Source: Candidatus Heimdallarchaeota archaeon
Lineage (GTDB): Archaea > Asgardarchaeota > Heimdallarchaeia > Heimdallarchaeales > Heimdallarchaeaceae
NCBI GenBank assembly: GCA_019057815.1
Contig: JAHLWR010000001.1
Location: forward strand, 32,001-96,000
DNA: 64,000 bases
Reading direction: 5' to 3'
Part shown: piece after piece, positions 10,343 through 19,265 of the stretch
Numbering within the stretch: position 1 is the first letter of the stretch
Layout of the letters: the number at the start of each line of letters is the position of its first letter
Program-made: the position numbers and the translations under genes
Notes under the pieces: model-generated
The model's database searches: none
What the model saw: the letters and a program-made list of their open reading frames with translations, nothing else
Told to the model about the DNA's origin: nothing

Positions 10343-12607
10343 ATGGACATCAAGGAATTCCTCGATAGACATCTTGGTAAAGAAGAAGTAAAATATTTAG
10401 CAAGATGTCTAGGTTTGAAACTAACTGGTAACAAAACTGAATTACTAGACAGTATAGTTACATGTGAGTATTTTGATAGAGACGATATCCCCAAAATCTT
10501 TCACAGAGACTTCTTAGATATGTTATCGAGAAAATATTCTCAACCTGTATCAGGATTAAAAGATGTGGCATGGAAAAGAATAGTAACTAAATTAAAACTT
10601 GATGGAGGAACATCAGCTTTAGAAGAGAAAATAGCAGAAGAACCTTTTGTAAAAACACAAATCCTAGATGAACCTATAGCTAAAGACAAAACTCTCACTG
10701 TAGAGAATCTAATAGTTGAAGGTGGTTATGAGGAAGCATATAATCAGATTCTTAAATTAGAAAAAAAACCTCTTAAAATTGAAGACAAAATCAAGTGTCA
10801 AATACTCAAAAGCAATGTTTTAAACAAACTAGGAAAATATGAACAATCTTTAGATCTTTCCTTAAATGTTTATGAGCAGAGTAAAAAAATCAACGACTCA
10901 ATATTAACAATGGATGCTGTTCTTAATATGTCCTATTCATTATGGAAAATAGGCAAATTTGATGATTCTTTAGCAATTATTGACAAACATGAAGATTTAG
11001 TGGAAAATCATAAACAGAAAGAACCTCATAAAGCTATAATTCAAAAAGCTACACTCTTAAGAATCAGAGGGGTTAACTTTCACGTTCTTGGAAAATTGAA
11101 TAAAGCTTTTGAATTCTATCAACAGAGTCTTGAACTATGGGAAAAATCTGATAATAAACAAGAAATTAGTTCTACTCTCAATAATCTAGGCGTACTGTGT
11201 AGAGGTAAGGGAGAATTACATAAAGCATTAGAATACTACCAGAGAAGCCTTGCAATATATGAAGAACTTAATAATGAAGATGATATAGCTACTTCATTAA
11301 ACAATATTGCTAATCTTTATCGGAATCAAGGTGATTTAGAAAGAGCCTTAGATTTTTATCGTAAAAGCCAAGCTACATGGGAAAAAATAGGTAATCAATC
11401 AAATATTGCATTATCTTTCTGTAACATAGGTGAGATATTTCTACAACAGGGGAATATAGACAATGCAATTGAATATCTCCAAAAAAGCCTTCGTCTCAGA
11501 GAGAAAGTAGGAAATAAACACGAATTAGTTTTAACTCGCTTTTATCTCATTTCTGCACTCTTAGATAATAGAAGAACTAAAGATGCACAGAAACATCTTA
11601 TCCACATCAAGGAGATTGTAGAAGGTGAAACAGATCCCTTCTTAAGTCAGATAACACGAGTATCTGAAGCTATGATTCTAAAAACAAGTACTCGTATAAG
11701 AAATAAAGCTAAAGCTGAGGAAATTTTTCAAAAAATCATAGAAGAAGACATTGTTGATTATTCAATAACTATTGTAGCTCTTCTTAATTTTGCTGAATTG
11801 CTACTTGACGAGCTAAGAATTACTGGAGACACAGAAGTACTAGCGATGCTTAAATCAATTTCTCTTAATCTTCTGGATGTATCAAAAAGGCATAATTCAT
11901 ATCTATTATTAGCAAAAACATATTGTCTTCAATCTCATTTAGCTTTAATAGATTTAGATCTAAACAGAGCACGAAGTTTGCTTACACAAGCTCAATTTAT
12001 TGCAGATGATAAAGGTATGTGGAGAATGGCAAGAAAGATTTCAAGTGAGCATGATGTTTTATTAAGCCAAACAGACAAATGGGAGGCGCTTGTAGAAAAA
12101 AATGCGCCAATGATTGAAAGGTTGGAACTTGCTCAATTGAGTAATATCATGCTAAGAATGATACAAGATGGGGAACTTACACCACCAAAATTGCTGAATG
12201 AAGAACCTGTTCTCTTACTAATATTAGCAGAAGGTGGCATGCCCTTATTTTTCAAGAACTACCATACAGAAGGACAACTTAATAGTTATCTTATAGGGGG
12301 CTTTTTATCAGCAATCAATGCATTTAGCAAAGAAACATTTTCTGTTGAAGGCTCAATTGAGAGAATAAAACACAATGAATTTACAATGCTCACAAAAAGC
12401 TTCGAACCATTTTTATTCTGTTATATCATGAAAGGACAAACTTATGCAGCCATGCAGAAATTAGAGGGGTTTGTGTATAGCATAACTTCCTCGGTTACAA
12501 TAAGTAATGAACTACTTAAATCAGTAAAAACTTCTAAAACCCTCACTCTTGAGTCATCAAAAGCTATTGAGGATATAGCTGTAAACATATTTCCAAGCAA
12601 AAGGTGA
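10343..12607 (+). CDS. SAP-like domain + TPR repeats + C-terminal longin/roadblock-like domain protein
   Basis: N-terminal 'KEEVKYLARCLGLKLTGNKTELLDSI'. Central TPRs (TLNNLGVL, SLNNIANLY, SFCNIGEIF). C-terminal 'LLILAEGGMPLF...LIGGFLSAINAFSKE'. Confidence 0.8.
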   Translation: MDIKEFLDRHLGKEEVKYLARCLGLKLTGNKTELLDSIVTCEYFDRDDIPKIFHRDFLDMLSRKYSQPVSGLKDVAWKRIVTKLKLDGGTSALEEKIAEEPFVKTQILDEPIAKDKTLTVENLIVEGGYEEAYNQILKLEKKPLKIEDKIKCQILKSNVLNKLGKYEQSLDLSLNVYEQSKKINDSILTMDAVLNMSYSLWKIGKFDDSLAIIDKHEDLVENHKQKEPHKAIIQKATLLRIRGVNFHVLGKLNKAFEFYQQSLELWEKSDNKQEISSTLNNLGVLCRGKGELHKALEYYQRSLAIYEELNNEDDIATSLNNIANLYRNQGDLERALDFYRKSQATWEKIGNQSNIALSFCNIGEIFLQQGNIDNAIEYLQKSLRLREKVGNKHELVLTRFYLISALLDNRRTKDAQKHLIHIKEIVEGETDPFLSQITRVSEAMILKTSTRIRNKAKAEEIFQKIIEEDIVDYSITIVALLNFAELLLDELRITGDTEVLAMLKSISLNLLDVSKRHNSYLLLAKTYCLQSHLALIDLDLNRARSLLTQAQFIADDKGMWRMARKISSEHDVLLSQTDKWEALVEKNAPMIERLELAQLSNIMLRMIQDGELTPPKLLNEEPVLLLILAEGGMPLFFKNYHTEGQLNSYLIGGFLSAINAFSKETFSVEGSIERIKHNEFTMLTKSFEPFLFCYIMKGQTYAAMQKLEGFVYSITSSVTISNELLKSVKTSKTLTLESSKAIEDIAVNIFPSKR

Positions 12608-12727
12608 AATATTTCTACATAAGGGGTTATTATACCAGTAATTGCAAATGGTTAGAAGTTAATTAACCATTCTCATTTTGAGAATCTTAAAACACTTTAA
12701 AATATCTGAATCAAATTCCAAGTTAGA

Positions 12728-13603
12728 ATGAATAAAAAGAAGATTTTACAATTTTTAGAAATTGCATTTCTTATACTGACTATAATCGGCTCGCTAGTTT
12801 TCAGTTTCACTTCAATATCTATTGGAATTCGAAACACATCTCTGAATGTAAGAGAAGGAGATATTCTACGTTTGATAATCCACGCATATGAATTTGATTA
12901 CACCAACACAGGAAATGTGTCACTCTATGATATAGTTGCAGGTATATTTTTGTATCCCTTTGAACTTGAATCTAAACAAGAAATTACTACTGAGGAAACT
13001 GAGAGCTCATCAGGAGAAAATGAAACAACGTATAACGATATAGATTATCCTATGCATAGTGATCGAGATATACCATTATTTGAAGGAAATCTTACTACAA
13101 ATCTAGTAATAACATTTGAAGTAATTGAAAAAATAGATGAAGACCATGCCATTTTACAAATTAAGGAAACTGGAGAAAATTTCACTTTGTGGTTATCTGA
13201 AACTTATAGAGCTCACAATCCATTTGCTTCCCCAAAAATGTATATTGGACTTGTAATAAGAGAAAAAACTAATCTAACACAGAGTTATGTTCATTGGAAT
13301 CCTATAAGCATTTTTTCCAGTAAAACTACAAGAGAAGCTCTCAATTGGATGAGTAGAGAATCAGAGAATATTGCAAATTTTGAAGTTCTTAAACTGTCAA
13401 AGAATCAATTTATGTCACCAACAGGAACAACTTCCGCGGGAGGTAATTATCAGTCTAATACTACCTGGACACTAGTTTCAAATAGTAACAGAATACAGTC
13501 CATTTCTAGTTATTCCCCTACTACTGTAGCTGATGATTTGGTTTGGAGTTTTAGTTATTCTATCGAATTAGAATGGGAATATCCAAAGGAGGGATCTACA
13601 TGA
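12728..13603 (+). CDS. Membrane-anchored or secreted hypothetical protein
   Basis: N-terminal TM or signal segment and an S/T/N-rich ectodomain. Confidence 0.7.
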   Translation: MNKKKILQFLEIAFLILTIIGSLVFSFTSISIGIRNTSLNVREGDILRLIIHAYEFDYTNTGNVSLYDIVAGIFLYPFELESKQEITTEETESSSGENETTYNDIDYPMHSDRDIPLFEGNLTTNLVITFEVIEKIDEDHAILQIKETGENFTLWLSETYRAHNPFASPKMYIGLVIREKTNLTQSYVHWNPISIFSSKTTREALNWMSRESENIANFEVLKLSKNQFMSPTGTTSAGGNYQSNTTWTLVSNSNRIQSISSYSPTTVADDLVWSFSYSIELEWEYPKEGST

Positions 13604-13821
13604 AGCCAGAATACGTTTTTTATTCTTTATATTCATTGATTGCAATTGAAATGATCATTGGACTAATTCTGAGGAGGTACATCCTCCTTATTTCTTGTCT
13701 TATACTGTTATTCTTTGCGGTCTCGATGAGGATATTACGTTTGATAGAATTTAAGATGCCAAAAAAGAGAAGCATGCTAATTTTTCCCCATTTTTCCCAT
13801 ATTTCTGTTAGCTTTTTATAG
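13600..13821 (+). CDS. Small two-TM membrane protein
   Basis: ATGA overlap with the upstream stop, GGAGG upstream, two hydrophobic segments. Confidence 0.55.
   Translation: MKPEYVFYSLYSLIAIEMIIGLILRRYILLISCLILLFFAVSMRILRLIEFKMPKKRSMLIFPHFSHISVSFL
13813..13820 (+). promoter_or_regulatory. Candidate TATA box for the structured RNA / wHTH transcript
   Basis: TTTTTATA about 21-28 nt upstream of the first hairpin at 13841. Confidence 0.4.
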
Positions 13822-13840
13822 GAAAATCTAATAGAAGTAC

Positions 13841-14080
13841 TGTCTTAAGCCAATGGCTAGAGACAAAGTAGAGTCATCTACTTACACCCGGAGCTGGAGT
13901 GAGAGCCTAAGGTTCTCAATAACATAGTCTTCAGTAATGAGTCCCGGAGAGGAGATGAACCCTCTCACCTCCGCTAACACTGTGTGTTGGAGGTGTAATC
14001 CCAGAGCTTGAAGCTCCCCCTACGCTACTGCTTGATGCGATGCGACCTTAAACGTTCTTGGGTTGGGAAGAGTCCTCAAA
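13841..14080 (+). ncRNA. Unassigned structured non-coding RNA or long leader RNA
   Basis: About 49% GC by hand count, in an AT-rich genome, with no ORF. Six consecutive hairpins. G-U wobbles favour the + strand. Confidence 0.65.
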
Positions 14081-14126
14081 ATTATTCGTCACTACCCTTA
14101 AGTGGGAAAAGTGGGAAAAATAACTC

Positions 14127-14609
14127 ATGAATTGGACAGATGTACGAACTCTTCTTTACGAAACCCTTGTTGAACAAAAGATTCTTATTAATGGAAAAAA
14201 AGCGATTAAAGGCGGAGCAGGAGGGAAAATCGTTGATTCCATCCAACATGTTGAGGATAATTATTTCAAGGAAAATAAGGCTTTTATTTCAGAATTAAGA
14301 GATATTGGAATTGATGGAATTTTATGCTTATTTTTCCTTATGCAACAAGAACCAGCTCTAACTGCTGTTAAAATCATCCATAAGATACTGCAAATTCCTG
14401 TAGCTTCAACTTATAGAATTATGCAAAAAAATTTGGATAAGGAACTAGTTACACTTCACTATTTAACGAACAAGCCAGGGAAAGCTTACTATCGTATAAC
14501 CGATGAAGGAACTTCTCTAATAATCCAACTTTACGAGCTATTAGGAGGGAAAATAATCCTTCCCTTCTCTAACTCAAAAGCGCAACAAGGCGTAGATGCG
14601 ACAATTTAA
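14127..14609 (+). CDS. Winged helix-turn-helix DNA-binding protein
   Basis: 'IHKILQIPVASTYRIMQKNLDKELV...KAYYRITDEG' wHTH plus wing. Confidence 0.75.
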   Translation: MNWTDVRTLLYETLVEQKILINGKKAIKGGAGGKIVDSIQHVEDNYFKENKAFISELRDIGIDGILCLFFLMQQEPALTAVKIIHKILQIPVASTYRIMQKNLDKELVTLHYLTNKPGKAYYRITDEGTSLIIQLYELLGGKIILPFSNSKAQQGVDATI

Positions 14610-14703
14610 TAATAAAATGTAAAAAGAAGTTCTTTCTTTTTCCATCATTTTTCTTTACTCTGATCTTAATGACGAGGAAGTGTCACTTTCTTTTTTTAAT
14701 GAT

Positions 14704-15108
14704 TTATTCATACAATAGCGCTTTTTCTGGACAATATTTCACACACTGTGGTTCGCCTTCACATAAATCACAAGTTATTGCAACATTGTTTACGGGGTGT
14801 ATGTACATGACCCCAAAAGGACAAGCAAGCACACATTCTCTGCAACCTGTGCACTTTCCACTATCTATTTGAACAGCACCAGTTTTTTCAGATTTAGATA
14901 TAGCTCCCTCTGGACATGATTCTACGCATTTATAACAAAATCTACATACATTAGGTACAGCTATACCTTCCTTTTCATTTTTCTTTACTCTAATACGGGA
15001 ATGTGATGGAGCATAAAATCTTTCGTGAAAAAATGAACAACGCAATTCACATATTCTACAACCATTGCATTTTTCTTTTATTACAGATATACGTTTTATT
15101 TGAGTCAT
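14704..15108 (-). CDS. 4Fe-4S polyferredoxin (AOR electron-transfer subunit)
   Basis: Four Cys clusters (CNGCRICELRC, CRFCYKCVESCP, CTGCRECVLACP, CDLC...C...CP). Directly downstream of aor. Confidence 0.9.
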   Translation of the reverse strand: MTQIKRISVIKEKCNGCRICELRCSFFHERFYAPSHSRIRVKKNEKEGIAVPNVCRFCYKCVESCPEGAISKSEKTGAVQIDSGKCTGCRECVLACPFGVMYIHPVNNVAITCDLCEGEPQCVKYCPEKALLYE

Positions 15109-15118
15109 TTTTTCACCT

Positions 15119-17038
15119 TCAAATCAAATCAAAGCGTTCTGCCATTTCTAATAATCCTAATTCTTCCAATTTTTCTTTCAAAGGATAACCTGTCTCGGCA
15201 TCCCATTTTCTTAATGCATAATATTCTGGAAGCATTTTATCCAATTCTACTTTTTGACCCTTTGCTGGTCCATCAGGAAGTGGTTCATCTGTAAAACGTT
15301 TGGGTAAATAGTCTTGTTTTTCTCCCATTCCTTCTCTTTGATTGAAAAGCCTCTCAAGATTATATATTCTTTCACCAATCTTAAGCACGTCATCTGCGTC
15401 TATTTTCATCCCAGTTGCATAAGAGATGAATTTGGCCATATCTTCTGGTTTAACTGCGTATGCAGAAAAACATGTGTATTTGCACATTTCTGCTGAATCT
15501 ACTACAGCACCCAAATTTTCATGCCACACAACCATTCTTGCTTTACTTTCCCATGCATAAGGATCTACAGCTTTTTTGGAACCAAACCACTCTATACCCT
15601 TTTCTTCAGGATAACCTAGCAGCTCGAAATTTGGTAAAGCTGTAAGATGATCAGCTCCTCTGTTTGCTGTCGCCCATCCTAAGCCAAAAGCTTTGGCAAT
15701 TCTTACATCATAAGCAGGAGGTTCCATACCTTTAACGTGTAAAGCGTATTCTTCCGAACCTTTGTTAATTTTTTCAGCTACACGTTTCGTTCCCTCCGCT
15801 AGTAAATCTCCTATTCCTTCTCTCTTTGCTATTTTTGTTATGAGTTTAATGACTGCTTCTTCATTACCCCAAACAAGTTCTAATCCATCTGTGTTTTCTT
15901 TTGTTAATACGCCTTTTTCATATGCTTCCATCGCAAAAGCGATTGTATCCCCTAATGATATAGTATCCATACCATATCTGTTGGCAAGTTCATTAGCATA
16001 AATTACTGCATCCAAATTACCTATTCCACATTTTGAACCTAAACAGATAATCGTTTCATATTCAGGGCTCCCACCTTTTGTTCCTTTGTATGGACCTTCT
16101 TTTACTTCAGAATATTTTCCACAATGAATTGGACAAGCAAAACAGCTTTCAGACTTGACTTTATATTTCTCATAAAAGGTTTCAGCTGAAAGACCTTCAT
16201 ACTTGTCAAAGGTACCGAATTGATTATTATTCGTAGCTAAACCTCCACCGATATAGGATAAATCTACTAAGAAAGAGGTTCCATATTCAGATAAACTTGG
16301 ATAAGCAGGATCAGTGTAAATTTTTTCTAAAGTTTCTTCAATTAGTAAGTCAAACTTCGCTGGTTCAGCTACAGTTACAGCTCCGGTGCCTTTAACAGCT
16401 ATAGATTTAAGATTCTTTGAACCCATGACAGCTCCTACTCCAGTCCTAGCCGCTGCTCGTGAAAGATTATTCAGAATAGCTGCGTATCGAACCAAGTTTT
16501 CCCCTGCTTGACCGATAGAGAGAATTTGAATATCATCTATATCGATTTCTTTTCTAAGCATTTCATCTGTTTCCCAAGTATCCTTCCCCCACAAATTAGT
16601 GGCTTCTCGAATTTCAACAATTTCACCTTCTATAAAAATATACACAGGTTTTTCTGCTTTTCCATGAACAAAAATCGCATCATAACCAGCATAGGCTAGC
16701 TCAGGAGCAAAATGTCCTCCAGCATTCGAATAACCAATACAACCGGTTAAAGGGGATTTGGTAGCAATGGTATACCTGTTAGAAGAGGGAGCTAGTGTTC
16801 CAGTAAGGGGACCAGTACTTATAACGAGAATATTATTTGGACTAAAAGGTTCTGTGCCTTTAGGTAAATTATCAAATAGATATTTAATCGCGATACCCCT
16901 CCCACCTAAGTAATTTTCAATAATAGAATGATCTATTGCTTTCTTCTGAATTTCTCCATTAGACAGGTTTACAATTAGAACTTGACCTCTATATCCTTTA
17001 TATTTTGGAATGGTACCTTTCAATGTAAAATAAGTCAC
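15119..17038 (-). CDS. aor: Tungsten-containing aldehyde:ferredoxin oxidoreductase
   Basis: YLGGRG, KSPLTG, GAVMGSKNLK, CFACPIHC, EYET, GMDTISLG, RGADH motifs. Confidence 0.95.
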   Translation of the reverse strand: MTYFTLKGTIPKYKGYRGQVLIVNLSNGEIQKKAIDHSIIENYLGGRGIAIKYLFDNLPKGTEPFSPNNILVISTGPLTGTLAPSSNRYTIATKSPLTGCIGYSNAGGHFAPELAYAGYDAIFVHGKAEKPVYIFIEGEIVEIREATNLWGKDTWETDEMLRKEIDIDDIQILSIGQAGENLVRYAAILNNLSRAAARTGVGAVMGSKNLKSIAVKGTGAVTVAEPAKFDLLIEETLEKIYTDPAYPSLSEYGTSFLVDLSYIGGGLATNNNQFGTFDKYEGLSAETFYEKYKVKSESCFACPIHCGKYSEVKEGPYKGTKGGSPEYETIICLGSKCGIGNLDAVIYANELANRYGMDTISLGDTIAFAMEAYEKGVLTKENTDGLELVWGNEEAVIKLITKIAKREGIGDLLAEGTKRVAEKINKGSEEYALHVKGMEPPAYDVRIAKAFGLGWATANRGADHLTALPNFELLGYPEEKGIEWFGSKKAVDPYAWESKARMVVWHENLGAVVDSAEMCKYTCFSAYAVKPEDMAKFISYATGMKIDADDVLKIGERIYNLERLFNQREGMGEKQDYLPKRFTDEPLPDGPAKGQKVELDKMLPEYYALRKWDAETGYPLKEKLEELGLLEMAERFDLI

Positions 17039-17126
17039 ATCCTTGACTGATATAAATTTTGCTTAGCATCTATTTTATTTCTACATTATTAACTGTATTA
17101 GGTTTTATAATATGAAAAATGGTTAC

Positions 17127-17681
17127 TTATGTTATTCCATACAAACGAATGACAACAATATTTTCAGCTAAGAACGATAAATCTGTTTTTTCAGGATCAT
17201 CCTTTTTCTTATCCCAACCCATTAAAGCTTTTGCAGCCATAGGGTGTTTACTGACATACCAATGAAAGACACCTTTTCTCTCTTCTATGTCGATTATCTC
17301 AGGTTTAACATCATATTTCTTGAAATTAATACGGATTTTTACATCCTCCGGATTAGCTTTTAAGTTCATTAACCAATTCGCTTTATCCCCTCGACCAGCA
17401 AAAATGTGAATTATTCCATTTATTTTGTGATATTCAAGGGGACTTATTCTTATTTGACCTGTTTTTCTTCCTTTTGTGAACAATAACAAAAAGATAAAAC
17501 CTGCACCTAGAAGAGGTAAAAAGCCAACTCTGTAGAATGGGACCGTAAAATATTTGTTTACACACTTCCATTTTTTCAGTGTTTTTTTCTGTTGTTCTTT
17601 GTCAGCTATTAAGAAATTATATTCAGCGGAACCTTTTCTTGGATAAAATGTTGTAGATTTACTAGTATCCTCGGAAGTCAT
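17127..17681 (-). CDS. Deazaflavin (F420)-dependent nitroreductase family oxidoreductase
   Basis: 'LLLFTKGRKTGQIRISPL' and 'NWLMNLKANP' match the DDN-family pattern. Confidence 0.8.
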   Translation of the reverse strand: MTSEDTSKSTTFYPRKGSAEYNFLIADKEQQKKTLKKWKCVNKYFTVPFYRVGFLPLLGAGFIFLLLFTKGRKTGQIRISPLEYHKINGIIHIFAGRGDKANWLMNLKANPEDVKIRINFKKYDVKPEIIDIEERKGVFHWYVSKHPMAAKALMGWDKKKDDPEKTDLSFLAENIVVIRLYGIT

Positions 17682-17846
17682 TCAGATCAATAAGAAGCTG
17701 GGAGTTCATATATATTATTTTTATTCTAATAGTAATACTTTTTAAAATACTTTCAATTTAATATCACTATGTGTAGAATTAGTTGATGAAAAGAGGTTTT
17801 AACCCCTCAGCTTTTGCTCACATAGGCTTTAAAGGAGAGTAATAGA

Positions 17847-18326
17847 ATGGGAAAAAACTTAGAAATAGAATCACAAAAAGCAACAAAACAAACTTCTAAT
17901 AAATTAGATTATAAGAAAATTGAAATCATTATTTTGACACTTTGTTCAGCAACTTACTCATTCTTTTTTTTGATTACACTCTTTATAGGATTTGAAAATT
18001 ATATTAATTTCTTTGAGGAACTATTTAAAGCACAAGCCATTTTAGTCATTATTATTCCTGCACTTTTCGCTCTCATTTATACTACACTTACCCTTTACCT
18101 TTCCTATAAAAAAGAGAACTCACAAAAAAGTTTCTCTGTCTTCAATATTGTTGGATTGATAAGCCTTGGTCTATGTTTCATAGTGAGTCCTTTTATTAAT
18201 TATCCAGCTACATCAGGCTTCGCAACATTAATCTATGCTTCTGTTGCTTGTTTAATTTCTATAATTGTTGCTATAGTAGGTGTGTTTATTGTTAAAATAG
18301 TGGAAAAAAAATATAAAAAACATTAG
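17847..18326 (+). CDS. Four-TM hypothetical membrane protein
   Basis: Four hydrophobic segments. GGAG upstream. Confidence 0.7.
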   Translation: MGKNLEIESQKATKQTSNKLDYKKIEIIILTLCSATYSFFFLITLFIGFENYINFFEELFKAQAILVIIIPALFALIYTTLTLYLSYKKENSQKSFSVFNIVGLISLGLCFIVSPFINYPATSGFATLIYASVACLISIIVAIVGVFIVKIVEKKYKKH

Positions 18327-18381
18327 CAATATCAAGCTATGGAAAACCTATGTTTCTAGAGAAAAAATTGCCGTTTGATGT

Positions 18382-19146
18382 TTATTTTTGCGCTTTAATG
18401 AAAAATCTGTGATCATAAAGGTCTAAATAACCTTGTTTTTCTATTATTTCATGAATATACCTTAATTGAGTCTTGTGTTTTTTGATAGAAAAACCGGGAA
18501 CTTCCCATTTTATATTAATTAGGTGATAAACAACTGCACCAACATCAAATATGCGGGTTAATGGATAGTGTTCTTTATATTCCAAAACTATAAATCCTGC
18601 TTTTTCGAGTTCTTTAACAGCAGAAACTGCGTTCCATTCCACACATTCTGGTTTTTCATCACCAAGTATCAACTTCCGTAATAAATCATTATTTCTAGCA
18701 CCTACTTGTTGAGTTATAAAATATCCACCTGATTCTAAGATTCTATAAACTTCTTTAGGTGAATATGATTCATGGCGATTGATAATCAGCTCAAACTCCT
18801 CATCCTTAAATGGTAAATCTTCATCTTTTTCACACTGAAACACTTTTACACCTAAAGGTTCCAATTTTTTTGTAGCTACAGGCAAGTTAGGTTCATATCC
18901 TTCGGTAGCACATGTATGTCTCGGTAAAGGAATTAATTCTGATAAATGCTCTCCTCCACCTGTTCCCATATCAAGGAGAGATTTTGCTTTTCTGATATAA
19001 AGTAATACTATACTTCTGTAGCTCCAAGTCAGGGGAGCTGTTACGTACCTTTCTTTATTATAAGGGAAATTCCAACCTATTATTGATCTTTTTTCTGCTT
19101 CAGACACGTAAAGATCAAATTTCTCGTCACTTGTTAATTCTTTCAT
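18382..19146 (-). CDS. Class I SAM-dependent methyltransferase
   Basis: LLDMGTGGGE motif I, LPFKDEEFELIINRH. Confidence 0.9.
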   Translation of the reverse strand: MKELTSDEKFDLYVSEAEKRSIIGWNFPYNKERYVTAPLTWSYRSIVLLYIRKAKSLLDMGTGGGEHLSELIPLPRHTCATEGYEPNLPVATKKLEPLGVKVFQCEKDEDLPFKDEEFELIINRHESYSPKEVYRILESGGYFITQQVGARNNDLLRKLILGDEKPECVEWNAVSAVKELEKAGFIVLEYKEHYPLTRIFDVGAVVYHLINIKWEVPGFSIKKHKTQLRYIHEIIEKQGYLDLYDHRFFIKAQK

Positions 19147-19265
19147 CTATGCCACCATAACAAGTGGAAATGCAATTATTATCCTCTGACATTCCACTCA
19201 TCAACAACTATATTAATGATTTCAAGAGATTGTCTTTAAAAATTAAGGTAATATTAGGTGTAAAT

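Larger units (their letters stand above)
13781..14120. repeat. Imperfect inverted repeats (13781-13799 / 14103-14120), each a tandem TGGGAAAA-like unit
   Basis: TTTTTCCCCATTTTTCCCA versus TGGGAAAAGTGGGAAAAA. Confidence 0.7.

Noticed and set aside
13781-14120. RNase P RNA (minus strand has GAGGACTCTTCCC and ACAGAA) or SRP RNA (TGTAATCCCAG resembles the Alu motif)
   Set aside because: There is no proper P4 pairing or CR-II/III motif, and no SRP helix-8 motif. G-U pairs favour the + strand. Not excluded without cmscan, but unsupported.
14020-14595. Complementarity between RNA segment 14020-14039 and the 3' end of the wHTH gene (14581-14595)
   Set aside because: Only 14 bp, with a 5-nt bulge and a mismatch. 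This could easily be chance.
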